This document shows positions 1-7,052 of a stretch of DNA of 24,000 bases, one piece after another. Position numbers and translations under genes: made by a program. The notes under the pieces were generated by a model, which worked only from the letters and a program-made list of their open reading frames with translations, did not search any database and had not been told where the DNA came from. Numbering within the stretch: position 1 is the first letter of the stretch; every line of letters starts with the position of its first letter. This DNA comes from a virus (taxonomy: Duplodnaviria; Caudoviricetes), in IMG/VR virus record IMGVR_UViG_3300017782_000219, positions 1-24,000 of that record, one strand, 5' to 3'.

Positions 1-450
1 TGAGTGCAGCTCGATCACCTCGGCGACGCGTGCGCGGCGCTTGACGCGCTTGTCGCGGATCGAGGTAGGATCGCCGAGGATGCCACACACGATGCGGCGG
101 CCTTGCACAAGCTGCCAGTGCCAGCCCGCGACGATCAGGAATACGCGGTCGGCGGTGCGCTGCTTGACGGTGTGCTTGAGCCACGCCGCCAACGTCGGGC
201 CTTTGCTGCGGCTCAGCGCGAGGCCGAAGCTTTCGCGCGTGCTGTCGACGCCGCACATTTCGAGGGAGCGCGTCACCTCCCAGACAGAAGAGCCTTTGAT
301 AGACTTGCGCCCGCTGACGTGGCGGATCAGGCGCGCAGCCTCGCCAGTGGTCATGCCTGTGATGGCGCTGATGACGGCGGGGCCGCAGTAGCGGTTTTTA
401 TCCGCTTTGGTTTCGCCGTGGTTGATTGATTTGATTTTAAGTTTAGTCAT
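1..450 (-). CDS. Hypothetical protein with C39/papain-like peptidase-type motifs (3'-truncated by window edge; not in ORF track)
   Basis: Manual translation from ATG at 450, preceded by GGGAGGG RBS: MTKLKIKSINHGETKADKNRYCGPAVISAITG...FLIVAGWHWQLVQG... Open to the window edge. YCGPA and HW motifs resemble a Cys-His dyad. Confidence 0.75.
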   Translation of the reverse strand, partial: MTKLKIKSINHGETKADKNRYCGPAVISAITGMTTGEAARLIRHVSGRKSIKGSSVWEVTRSLEMCGVDSTRESFGLALSRSKGPTLAAWLKHTVKQRTADRVFLIVAGWHWQLVQGRRIVCGILGDPTSIRDKRVKRRARVAEVIELHS

Positions 451-490
451 GTTGCCCTCCCGAGCGTTGCGGAGCCGCAGCCCCTGTTGA

Positions 491-679
491 TTATTTTGGC
501 AGTTCAACTTTGTGCGGTGCGTAATGTCCTTCGGTGCCGCGTACATCATTGAAGCACTTGATGCGTTTGGCGGTGAAGCCTAATACTTTGCCAGTCACCC
601 ACATTTCATCATCAGCGAAGCTAGACATATTGATCCAAACTACTTGGCCAATTTTCAAGTTTTTTGCTGTGTCTGTCAT
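491..679 (-). CDS. Small hypothetical protein, SH3/KOW-like beta barrel
   Basis: ORF track 491..691. Start moved to ATG 679 because GGAGGA lies just upstream. The LKIGQVVW...W..GKV pattern is typical of small SH3-like phage proteins. Confidence 0.7.
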   Translation of the reverse strand: MTDTAKNLKIGQVVWINMSSFADDEMWVTGKVLGFTAKRIKCFNDVRGTEGHYAPHKVELPK

Positions 680-698
680 ATCTTCCTCCATTGCTTAT

Positions 699-733
699 AC
701 CTTAAGTTAACACAATGTTAACATAGATACAAC
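699..733 (-). promoter_or_regulatory. Candidate leftward sigma70-type promoter
   Basis: Minus strand reads TTGTAT-N17-TAACTT in an AT-rich intergenic region upstream of ATG 679. Confidence 0.5.
706..722. promoter_or_regulatory. CtrA-type box TTAA-N7-TTAAC within palindrome GTTAACA-CAA-TGTTAAC
   Basis: GTTAACACAATGTTAAC matches the established alphaproteobacterial CtrA consensus on both strands and overlaps the leftward promoter spacer and -10. Confidence 0.6.
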
Positions 734-750
734 CCCCTAAATGCAGCTAT

Positions 751-779
751 TTGCATTTTTTCTGAAAAAAGTTTACCGT
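751..779 (+). promoter_or_regulatory. Candidate rightward promoter for the sRNA
   Basis: TTGCAT (751-756), 17 nt spacer, TACCGT (774-779). Overlapped by inverted repeats at 739-758 and 756-770. Confidence 0.5.
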
Positions 780-785
780 GATCTT

Positions 786-895
786 GCTCAGAGTGGTTTC
801 GACGTCCACGTCTGTACCTCAAGCGGGTTTTCCTCCCTGTGCCCGCGCAACTTGAACCCCGCGAACGCCCTCCCAGCGCGCGGGGTTCCTTTTTG
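786..895 (+). ncRNA. Candidate three-hairpin small RNA with CCUCCC anti-SD loops
   Basis: Hairpins at 789-814, 823-846 and 854-888. CCTCCC lies in the loops at 832-837 and 869-874, a T-tract follows at 890-894, and there is no credible ORF. Confidence 0.6.
854..894 (+). terminator. Rho-independent terminator (3' hairpin of candidate sRNA)
   Basis: 10-bp stem GAACCCCGCG/CGCGGGGTTC followed by CTTTTT. Confidence 0.7.
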
Positions 896-904
896 GCGTT
901 TTAA

Positions 905-913
905 TGGTATTAT
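905..913 (+). promoter_or_regulatory. Candidate extended -10 promoter for the late operon
   Basis: TGgTATTAT about 25 nt upstream of ATG 939. No convincing -35. Confidence 0.4.
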
Positions 914-938
914 GTAGCGAGTTATTATGGAGATTTTT

Positions 939-1091
939 ATGCCAAATGTAGATGGGAAAACGTACCCGTACACAGCCGCAGGCAAAAAGGCTGCAGCCGC
1001 TGCGATGAAAAAGAAAAAGAAGTCGAAGCCGAAGAAGCCGAAGCAGTACGGCACAACGACGAAGCGGACGATGACCGCCCGCAAGAAGTAA
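939..1091 (+). CDS. 50-aa Lys-rich basic protein (not in ORF track)
   Basis: GGAG RBS at 929-932. MPNVDGKTYPYTAAGKKAAAAAMKKKKKSKPKKPKQYGTTTKRTMTARKK. Stop overlaps the next ATG (TAATG). Confidence 0.8.
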   Translation: MPNVDGKTYPYTAAGKKAAAAAMKKKKKSKPKKPKQYGTTTKRTMTARKK

Positions 1092-1276
1092 TGTGGACGG
1101 CGCTGCTTTTGCTTTGCAGCGTTGATGGCGGTTGTTTTTCGTTTGGCAGCCCCGTGATGCAGAGCGAGAGCCAGTGCATACAATCCATACCGAGCGGGCT
1201 CGAATACGCGCGGCAGATGTTTCCTGCATACCGCGCAATGGATTATCAGTGCGTCCAGTGGGGCGAAGGAGCGTAG
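1091..1276 (+). CDS. Small Cys-containing hypothetical protein with hydrophobic N-terminus
   Basis: Abuts both neighbours. MWTALLLLCSVDGGC..., four Cys. Confidence 0.7.
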   Translation: MWTALLLLCSVDGGCFSFGSPVMQSESQCIQSIPSGLEYARQMFPAYRAMDYQCVQWGEGA

Positions 1277-1636
1277 ATGGCGACGGCGAAGAAGACCAAC
1301 CCGAAGCTATGGGAAAAGTCAAAGGCGCGAGCCAAGGCGAAGATGGGCGGGCACAGTGCGCGTGCTATGCAGCTCGCCACAAAGTATTACAAGGAAGCCG
1401 GCGGCGGTTATTCTGGCTCAAAGAGCAGCGGCAACAGCTTGTCCAAGTGGAGCAAGCAGGATTGGGGATATACGGGCGAAAAGAAGAAAAGCCGTTATCT
1501 GCCCAAATCAGCGCGCAAAAGCCTGTCCGCCGGCGAGAAGGCAGCCGGATCTCGCGCCAAGAATAAGGCGACCAGCTCCGGCAAGAAGCGCGCGTCCTAC
1601 ACGGCTGCAGAAAAACGCGCAGTGAAGAGGGCGTAA
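1277..1636 (+). CDS. Basic phage protein, DUF5872-like
   Basis: AAGGAG RBS. The HSARAMQLA..YK..GGGY.G...L.KW.KQDW pattern is recalled from this family. Confidence 0.8.
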   Translation: MATAKKTNPKLWEKSKARAKAKMGGHSARAMQLATKYYKEAGGGYSGSKSSGNSLSKWSKQDWGYTGEKKKSRYLPKSARKSLSAGEKAAGSRAKNKATSSGKKRASYTAAEKRAVKRA

Positions 1637-1887
1637 TGGCGACCAAACGCAAATCAGGCCCAAGCCTATCTGTTGGGCGCGGCGAGAAGCTTTCGGTGAA
1701 GCGTGGCGGCGGTTTGACCGCCAAGGGGCGCGCGAAGTACAACAAGGCCACCGGCAGCAAGTTAAAAGCGCCGGCGCCCAACCCCAAAACGAAATCAGAA
1801 AAAGCGCGTAAAAAGTCGTTCTGCGCCCGCTCACGCGGCTGGACGGGTGAGCGCGGCAAGGCGGCACGCAGAAGGTGGAAGTGTTAA
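1636..1887 (+). CDS. Basic phage protein, DUF6321-like
   Basis: GGLTAKGRAKYN..TGSKLKAP...RKKSFCAR...RRRWKC pattern. TAATG coupling. Confidence 0.8.
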   Translation: MATKRKSGPSLSVGRGEKLSVKRGGGLTAKGRAKYNKATGSKLKAPAPNPKTKSEKARKKSFCARSRGWTGERGKAARRRWKC

Positions 1888-1888
1888 G

Positions 1889-2344
1889 ATGAATACGATG
1901 GAGCTGAGAGCAGAATATGCCCGTCGCACTGGCGACGATAAAAACGCTTTTGCCATGCGCCAAGACGGGCCGGAGGGGTTTCTGTACTCCGACGCTACGA
2001 TTGCGCGCGCTCTTGACGAGTTTTCACGCCTTTACGGCGATCCATACACCGCTGACGCCAATCAGGCGGTGGCAGCGCAATTATTTGAGGGAATGGGCCC
2101 GCGTGTCGGCGCATCCCTGTCGCAATCGGCCTCTATGATGCCCACGCCGCAAAAATCTGCCATGCGGTCGCGAGGTTTGTTTGACGATGCCATGGAGCTG
2201 GCGAGGCAGGAAGATTACGGCCAATCCGCCAAATTTGGCGCGCGCGCTGTCGGAGAGGCATTGCTTGGAGATCAGCGCAGTCGTATAGGCGGCATGACCG
2301 GCATCATGTCAGGTTTACTTGATTATTTTAGGAACAGAAAATGA
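1889..2344 (+). CDS. Hypothetical protein (possible virion-internal protein)
   Basis: ORF track 1847..2344. Start moved to ATG 1889, just after the upstream stop. ATGA overlap with the next gene. Ends GLLDYFRNRK. Confidence 0.7.
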   Translation: MNTMELRAEYARRTGDDKNAFAMRQDGPEGFLYSDATIARALDEFSRLYGDPYTADANQAVAAQLFEGMGPRVGASLSQSASMMPTPQKSAMRSRGLFDDAMELARQEDYGQSAKFGARAVGEALLGDQRSRIGGMTGIMSGLLDYFRNRK

Positions 2345-3435
2345 GCATACTCGACGACATCATCAGAGCGGCAATGCGCGGCAGATACCCAGAAGTGATG
2401 CCGCCTATTCTCAAGTTTGATAAGAAAAAGGGCAAAGAATATCTCGCTAAGGAGCTTGGCCCAGAAGCAAAACAGGTAAAGAAAGCCCGCGATGCTGCGG
2501 TCAAACGGGTTAACGCCGGTGACTATGACCCGTATTTTGATGTTTCCGAGAGGTTTCCGGTCAATAGGCAAAACTACCCAATTGCTTCGCAGCCAAATCA
2601 AACGCTGCAGGTTTTGCCCGCCAAGCAGGAAACCATTGAAAAATATAGAGAAATTTACAACAACCCAGAAAGCAAAAAGCGGCTGCAGGAGGCGTATCTA
2701 AAAGGATTGGATATTCCCGAGACGCAAGGTTGGTATTTTATGGGGCAGCTCGAAAAAGAGTTTATCGATGAATATGGCCCAGAGCAGGGTCGTAAGATGT
2801 TTACGGCGATGTTCGCTGACCCGATGGCGGCTTGGACTGGCGGCGCAGATCCAACGGCAAACCTGCTTATGGCCACATATGACAATTTCAGAAAGGTGCA
2901 GGGCGCAAACCTGCCGGAAAAAGCTTTTGACTTTCCATATCCTATTGGCGGCAGGTTTTTGGGAACAAATGCCGCTCAAGCCAGAAAGGTTGAGGCTGCC
3001 GGAGAGATAAACCCCAGAACCAACCCAAAGCGGTTCAATTTTTCAACAAATTTTCAAGGCGCCGCTGACCGAGCCACCATGGACGAGCAGATGATGACAA
3101 TGGGATACGGCATGAACGTACCAACCCCCAATACATATGGCGCCGTTGAAGAAGTGGCTGTGGAGCTGGCCGATAAAAATCGCACCACGCCTATGGGGTT
3201 TCAAGAGGTTGCATGGCATGGCGGATCAGGAAAAATCGGGAAGCCGATGATCCAGTTTGTAAACGAAGCCATTGAGCGCACAAGCTCAGTGACGGGCATG
3301 AAGCCGCAAGACGTCGTGAAAGGAATGGTGCGCGGGTCAATCCCCATATTTGGGCTGGGAGCTGCGGGGATGGTACAGCAAAATCAGAACCAATCTGACA
3401 TATTAAATTATTTTCAAGACAGGGGCATCCAATGA
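2341..3435 (+). CDS. Hypothetical protein with putative HhH-GPD glycosylase-like (DUF7178-like) domain
   Basis: 364 aa. Motif order WY...K..NF..N..G....TMD.....Y......A......P..FQ..AW resembles phage HhH-like domains. Function is inferred. Confidence 0.65.
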   Translation: MSILDDIIRAAMRGRYPEVMPPILKFDKKKGKEYLAKELGPEAKQVKKARDAAVKRVNAGDYDPYFDVSERFPVNRQNYPIASQPNQTLQVLPAKQETIEKYREIYNNPESKKRLQEAYLKGLDIPETQGWYFMGQLEKEFIDEYGPEQGRKMFTAMFADPMAAWTGGADPTANLLMATYDNFRKVQGANLPEKAFDFPYPIGGRFLGTNAAQARKVEAAGEINPRTNPKRFNFSTNFQGAADRATMDEQMMTMGYGMNVPTPNTYGAVEEVAVELADKNRTTPMGFQEVAWHGGSGKIGKPMIQFVNEAIERTSSVTGMKPQDVVKGMVRGSIPIFGLGAAGMVQQNQNQSDILNYFQDRGIQ

Positions 3436-3596
3436 TCACGTTGACGTATGAAATGAAAATGAACGATTTTGGCATGTCTTTATTTAAGGACAACCCGTCT
3501 TTTGACATAGAAATCATCAGTAAGGTCGAAGACGGATCATTCGAGGGTGGGTATCACGTTAAAGTTACAGAAGAGCGGGATGAAGATGCAGAATAG
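3432..3596 (+). CDS. 54-aa acidic protein (not in ORF track)
   Basis: ATGA overlap with the upstream gene. MITLTYEMKMNDFGMSLFKDNPSFDIEIISKVEDGSFEGGYHVKVTEERDEDAE exactly fills the gap. Confidence 0.65.
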   Translation: MITLTYEMKMNDFGMSLFKDNPSFDIEIISKVEDGSFEGGYHVKVTEERDEDAE

Positions 3597-4599
3597 GTAC
3601 TACACGCAGCCGGACGGTTCTGTTGTCATCCAAGACGCTGTGACAGGAAAGGTAACCGTTACCAACCCGCCAGCGCGTCTTTCCGCTGCGCCGGCTGAAG
3701 GGTTTATTGGCCGCGCACGTCAGGGGCTAACGTCTGGCCTGCAGAGAACGGGGCTTTCGCCTTACATGGCGCGCCGCACCAGCGAAGGGATCTTAGGCAG
3801 GCCATTTGCGCGGCCACAATCTGAGCTTCCATTTTTAGAAACTCTCGGCGTTGCCAACGCAACACCGATGGTTGCTGGAAGCTTGATGGCGGGAGAGGCT
3901 TTGACGCAGGCGGCGCAGGGCAATCGCGGCGCTGCGCTTGGTAATGCGGCACTAAGCATTTTGGATATTGCCGGAAGCGGTGCCGGCTTAAAGGCGGCAT
4001 ATAGGAACGCGCGTCAATCTCCGGAGCTTGTTGATATACCTCAGACGCCAGAGGGCAGAAAATATTTTCAAGGGATTTTGGCTGATGCTCAAGACAGTCA
4101 GGGGCCGCTTGGATCTCAGGTTAGCGTTTATGAGCCAGAAGCTTATAAAGGTATGAGCATGACGGCTTCCCCGAATGCTGACGCTGGTTATGCAATTTCA
4201 CCAGAAGGAGAAATTGTTTCGCTGGTTAAGAGTAAAGACTCCAAGATGAAAGGTTTTGCCGGCAAAGCATTGAAGCGAGCTAAAGATGACGGCGGCGTAT
4301 TTTTGAACGCGTTTGACACTGAGCTTACCAATCTTTACGGCAAAGCTGGGTTTAAACCAGTATCTCGCGTTGGGTTTGACGAAGAAATGTTTAGATCCGA
4401 AATCGGAGACGAGGCCGTAGATGAATTTATGAAGGCCAATGCTAGATTTAACGAAGGCAGGCCGGATCTTGTATTTATGGTGCGCGATCCTGAGTTTACA
4501 CCCAGAGCAATGAGCGGGCAGGGTGGCCAGAAAGCTGAATATGACGAGGCTTATGATATATTGCTGCGAGAAATGAAGAGGCTTGGGTACAATGACTAA
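3580..4599 (+). CDS. Protein with C-terminal GNAT-like acetyltransferase domain (phage polyvalent-protein type)
   Basis: GEIVSLVK...GFAGKALKRA...LNAFDTELTNLYGKAGF...RPDLVFM fits GNAT motifs A/B. Ala/Gly-rich N-terminal half. Start at 3580 or 3586. Confidence 0.7.
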   Translation: MKMQNRYYTQPDGSVVIQDAVTGKVTVTNPPARLSAAPAEGFIGRARQGLTSGLQRTGLSPYMARRTSEGILGRPFARPQSELPFLETLGVANATPMVAGSLMAGEALTQAAQGNRGAALGNAALSILDIAGSGAGLKAAYRNARQSPELVDIPQTPEGRKYFQGILADAQDSQGPLGSQVSVYEPEAYKGMSMTASPNADAGYAISPEGEIVSLVKSKDSKMKGFAGKALKRAKDDGGVFLNAFDTELTNLYGKAGFKPVSRVGFDEEMFRSEIGDEAVDEFMKANARFNEGRPDLVFMVRDPEFTPRAMSGQGGQKAEYDEAYDILLREMKRLGYND

Positions 4600-4681
4600 A
4601 GTTAGAGATTTTAAGGCGCAGTGCATTGCGGCATTAAAGAAAAAGTCAGACCAGCGAAAGGTTGATGAAAATGAAAAATGA
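4592..4681 (+). CDS. Possible 29-aa peptide
   Basis: MTKVRDFKAQCIAALKKKSDQRKVDENEK overlaps the GNAT stop and the portal start. Short, with no strong RBS. Confidence 0.35.
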   Translation: MTKVRDFKAQCIAALKKKSDQRKVDENEK

Positions 4682-6794
4682 GATCAACGATCTGGTCAAT
4701 CAGGTGGAGCAGCAGCTCAACCCCAACATAATGAGCGATGACGAGCTGCAGGGCATTGTCGGCAAGGAGATCGACGACGCGATTGACTACATCGACAACA
4801 CCATATCGCCCGTAAGGGCGGAGGCCACCGAGTATTATCGCGGGCAACCGTTTGGCGACGAAGAGGACGGGCGCAGCCAAGTGGTTAGCATGGACGTGCG
4901 CGATACCGTACAAGCCATCCTGCCGTCGCTGATGCGGATCTTTCACGGCACCGACCGCACCGTCGAATACGCGCCGCAGGGGCCCGAAGACGTGCAGGCG
5001 GCGGAGCAAGCGACCGACTATGCCAATTTTATCATCAACCGCGACAACAACGGCTTTTTAGCCATGCATTCAGCGTTTAAGGATGCGCTTATCCGCAAGG
5101 TTGGCGTTTTAAAGTGTTGGTGGGATGACCAGACCACGATTGACGCCTACAATTACACCGGCCTCGACGATAACGCGCTGGCGGCTCTTGCCGCAGATCC
5201 GGACGCGATGATCACCGTGCAGGCGTCCATGCCGTTTGGCGAGCCCATGATCGACCCAGTGACCGGAATGCAAATGCCGATGCCGATGGTGCATGATGTG
5301 CGTGTGGAATACACGCGCCCCGATGGCCGCGTTAAGCTGGAGGCTGTGCCGCCCGAGGAGCTGCTAATTTCGCGTGAGGCAAAATCTATCGAAGAAGCCG
5401 ATTACGTCGCTCACAGGCGCATTGTGACCGTCTCCGAGCTGGTTGCGATGGGATATGATTACGACGACGTTTCCAGCATGTCATCTGCTTATGATGATAT
5501 GAACACCAACGTCGAGCGGTACACGCGAAACCCTGCGCTAACCAACGAGATGAACGAGCGCAACGACCCAGCGATGAAAAAGGTTCTTTACGTCGAAAAC
5601 TATATCCGCGTTGATTACGACGGCGACGGCATTGCGGAGCTGCGCAAAATCTGCACGGCGGGCGACGGCAACAAGATACTGAACAACGAGCCAATTGACA
5701 TGGCGCCCTTCGCCACGTTCTGCCCAGACCCAGAGCCACACGATTTCTTCGGTATTAGCGTGGCGGACACCGTCATGGACATCCAGCGGATCAAGTCTGT
5801 CATCATGCGTAACACGCTGGATAGCTTGGCCATGTCCATACACCCCCGCGTGGCTGTCACAGAGGGCATGGTTAATTTAGACGATGTTATGAATACAGAG
5901 GTCGGCAGCATCATCCGCCAGCGCCAAGCCGGTCAGGTGCAGCCGCTTTCGATGCCATTTGTTGGCCGCGAGGCGTTCCCCGTTCTGCAATACATGGATC
6001 AGGTCAAAGAGGCCCGCACAGGCATCTCAAAGGCGTCTCAGGGGCTAGACGCCAACGTTCTGCAGTCTACCACCGCCAGCGCCGTTGCAGCGACTGTGAG
6101 CGCCGCACAGCAACACATTGAGCTGATCGCGCGCATATTTGCTGAGACAGGCATGAAGCGTTTGTATCAGATCGTGCTGCACTTGATCACCACGCATCAG
6201 GATGCGCCGCGCATGGTTCGCTTGCTCAATAAATTTGTGCCGATAGACCCAAGGGCGTGGGATAGTAAGATGGATGTGTCGATCACTGTTGCTTTGGGCC
6301 GTGGCACAGACACAGAGCGCATGATGATGCTTCGCCAAATTGGCGAAATGCAGAAGGATGCTATGAAGACAATGGGCCCGCAAAATCCGCTAACCGACAT
6401 CACTAAGCTCAGCAACACGCTGAAATCAATGACAGAGTTGGCCGGTTTCAAGGACACATCTCAATTCTGGAGCAACCCTGCAGAGTTTAGACCACCGCCA
6501 AAGCAGGAAAAGCCAGACGTCAACGAGATGCTGATACAAGTGCAGATCCAAGATATCCAAGCAGACATTCAGAAAAAAGCCGCGCAGTTGCAGCTTGATC
6601 GTGAAAAGATGCAGATGGAGGATGACCGCAAGCGTGACGAGCTGGAGGCTGAGCTGTTTGTAAAGGCCGAAGAGATGAAGGCCAAATATGGCGCGCAGCT
6701 TAACGTCGAGCAGATCCGATCCGATCTGGCCATCAACCGCGAGGTTCTCAAGGCGCAGGCAGACGTGATCAAGGAGGGCGCGCGTGAAGACTAA
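4671..6794 (+). CDS. Portal protein (P22/SU10-like podoviral type)
   Basis: About 707 aa. YY.G.PFG.E..GRS.VVS.DVRD, DALIRKVGV.K.WWD, P.PH.FFG.S and a C-terminal coiled coil. Lies upstream of scaffold and capsid genes. Confidence 0.92.
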   Translation: MKNEINDLVNQVEQQLNPNIMSDDELQGIVGKEIDDAIDYIDNTISPVRAEATEYYRGQPFGDEEDGRSQVVSMDVRDTVQAILPSLMRIFHGTDRTVEYAPQGPEDVQAAEQATDYANFIINRDNNGFLAMHSAFKDALIRKVGVLKCWWDDQTTIDAYNYTGLDDNALAALAADPDAMITVQASMPFGEPMIDPVTGMQMPMPMVHDVRVEYTRPDGRVKLEAVPPEELLISREAKSIEEADYVAHRRIVTVSELVAMGYDYDDVSSMSSAYDDMNTNVERYTRNPALTNEMNERNDPAMKKVLYVENYIRVDYDGDGIAELRKICTAGDGNKILNNEPIDMAPFATFCPDPEPHDFFGISVADTVMDIQRIKSVIMRNTLDSLAMSIHPRVAVTEGMVNLDDVMNTEVGSIIRQRQAGQVQPLSMPFVGREAFPVLQYMDQVKEARTGISKASQGLDANVLQSTTASAVAATVSAAQQHIELIARIFAETGMKRLYQIVLHLITTHQDAPRMVRLLNKFVPIDPRAWDSKMDVSITVALGRGTDTERMMMLRQIGEMQKDAMKTMGPQNPLTDITKLSNTLKSMTELAGFKDTSQFWSNPAEFRPPPKQEKPDVNEMLIQVQIQDIQADIQKKAAQLQLDREKMQMEDDRKRDELEAELFVKAEEMKAKYGAQLNVEQIRSDLAINREVLKAQADVIKEGARED

Positions 6795-7026
6795 GCAGCA
6801 AATAATCGATGATGGCAATGCCGCCGACCGATTGCTGAAAGACACTGATCTGGTGAGGTTTTTCGCCGAGATTGAGCAGGATTGCTGGGGCGAGTTTAAG
6901 GCGACTGGCACCGGCGATGCAGAAGGCCGAGAGGCCATCTATATGAAACTGCGCGGGGTTGATCTGGTTCAGAGATCCCTGCGTGCCATGGTTGACAACG
7001 CGACTATTGAAAAAAAGCAAAAATAG
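6784..7026 (+). CDS. Small conserved head-module protein
   Basis: GTG start with GGAGG RBS. Helical 80-aa protein between portal and scaffold. Confidence 0.75.
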   Translation: MKTKQQIIDDGNAADRLLKDTDLVRFFAEIEQDCWGEFKATGTGDAEGREAIYMKLRGVDLVQRSLRAMVDNATIEKKQK

Positions 7027-7052
7027 ACGCATAATTAAGGAGATTGACGCAA

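Noticed and set aside
4-429. Plus-strand ORFs 4..429 and 41..391
   Set aside because: Shadow frames of the minus-strand gene at 1-450, which has a strong RBS and follows another leftward gene.
786-895. tRNA or tmRNA fragment
   Set aside because: No cloverleaf, no properly placed T-loop and no acceptor stem/CCA. The structure is three serial hairpins.
788-1963. Minus-strand and alternative-frame ORFs over the basic-protein cluster
   Set aside because: They overlap a cleanly coupled plus-strand gene series and lack RBSs. The low-complexity sequence explains the open frames.
7011-7034. A-AAA-AAG slippery heptamer that could fuse the 80-aa gene to the scaffold frame
   Set aside because: The -1 frame is the scaffold frame but hits TAA at 7032-7034 before the scaffold start, so no fusion results.
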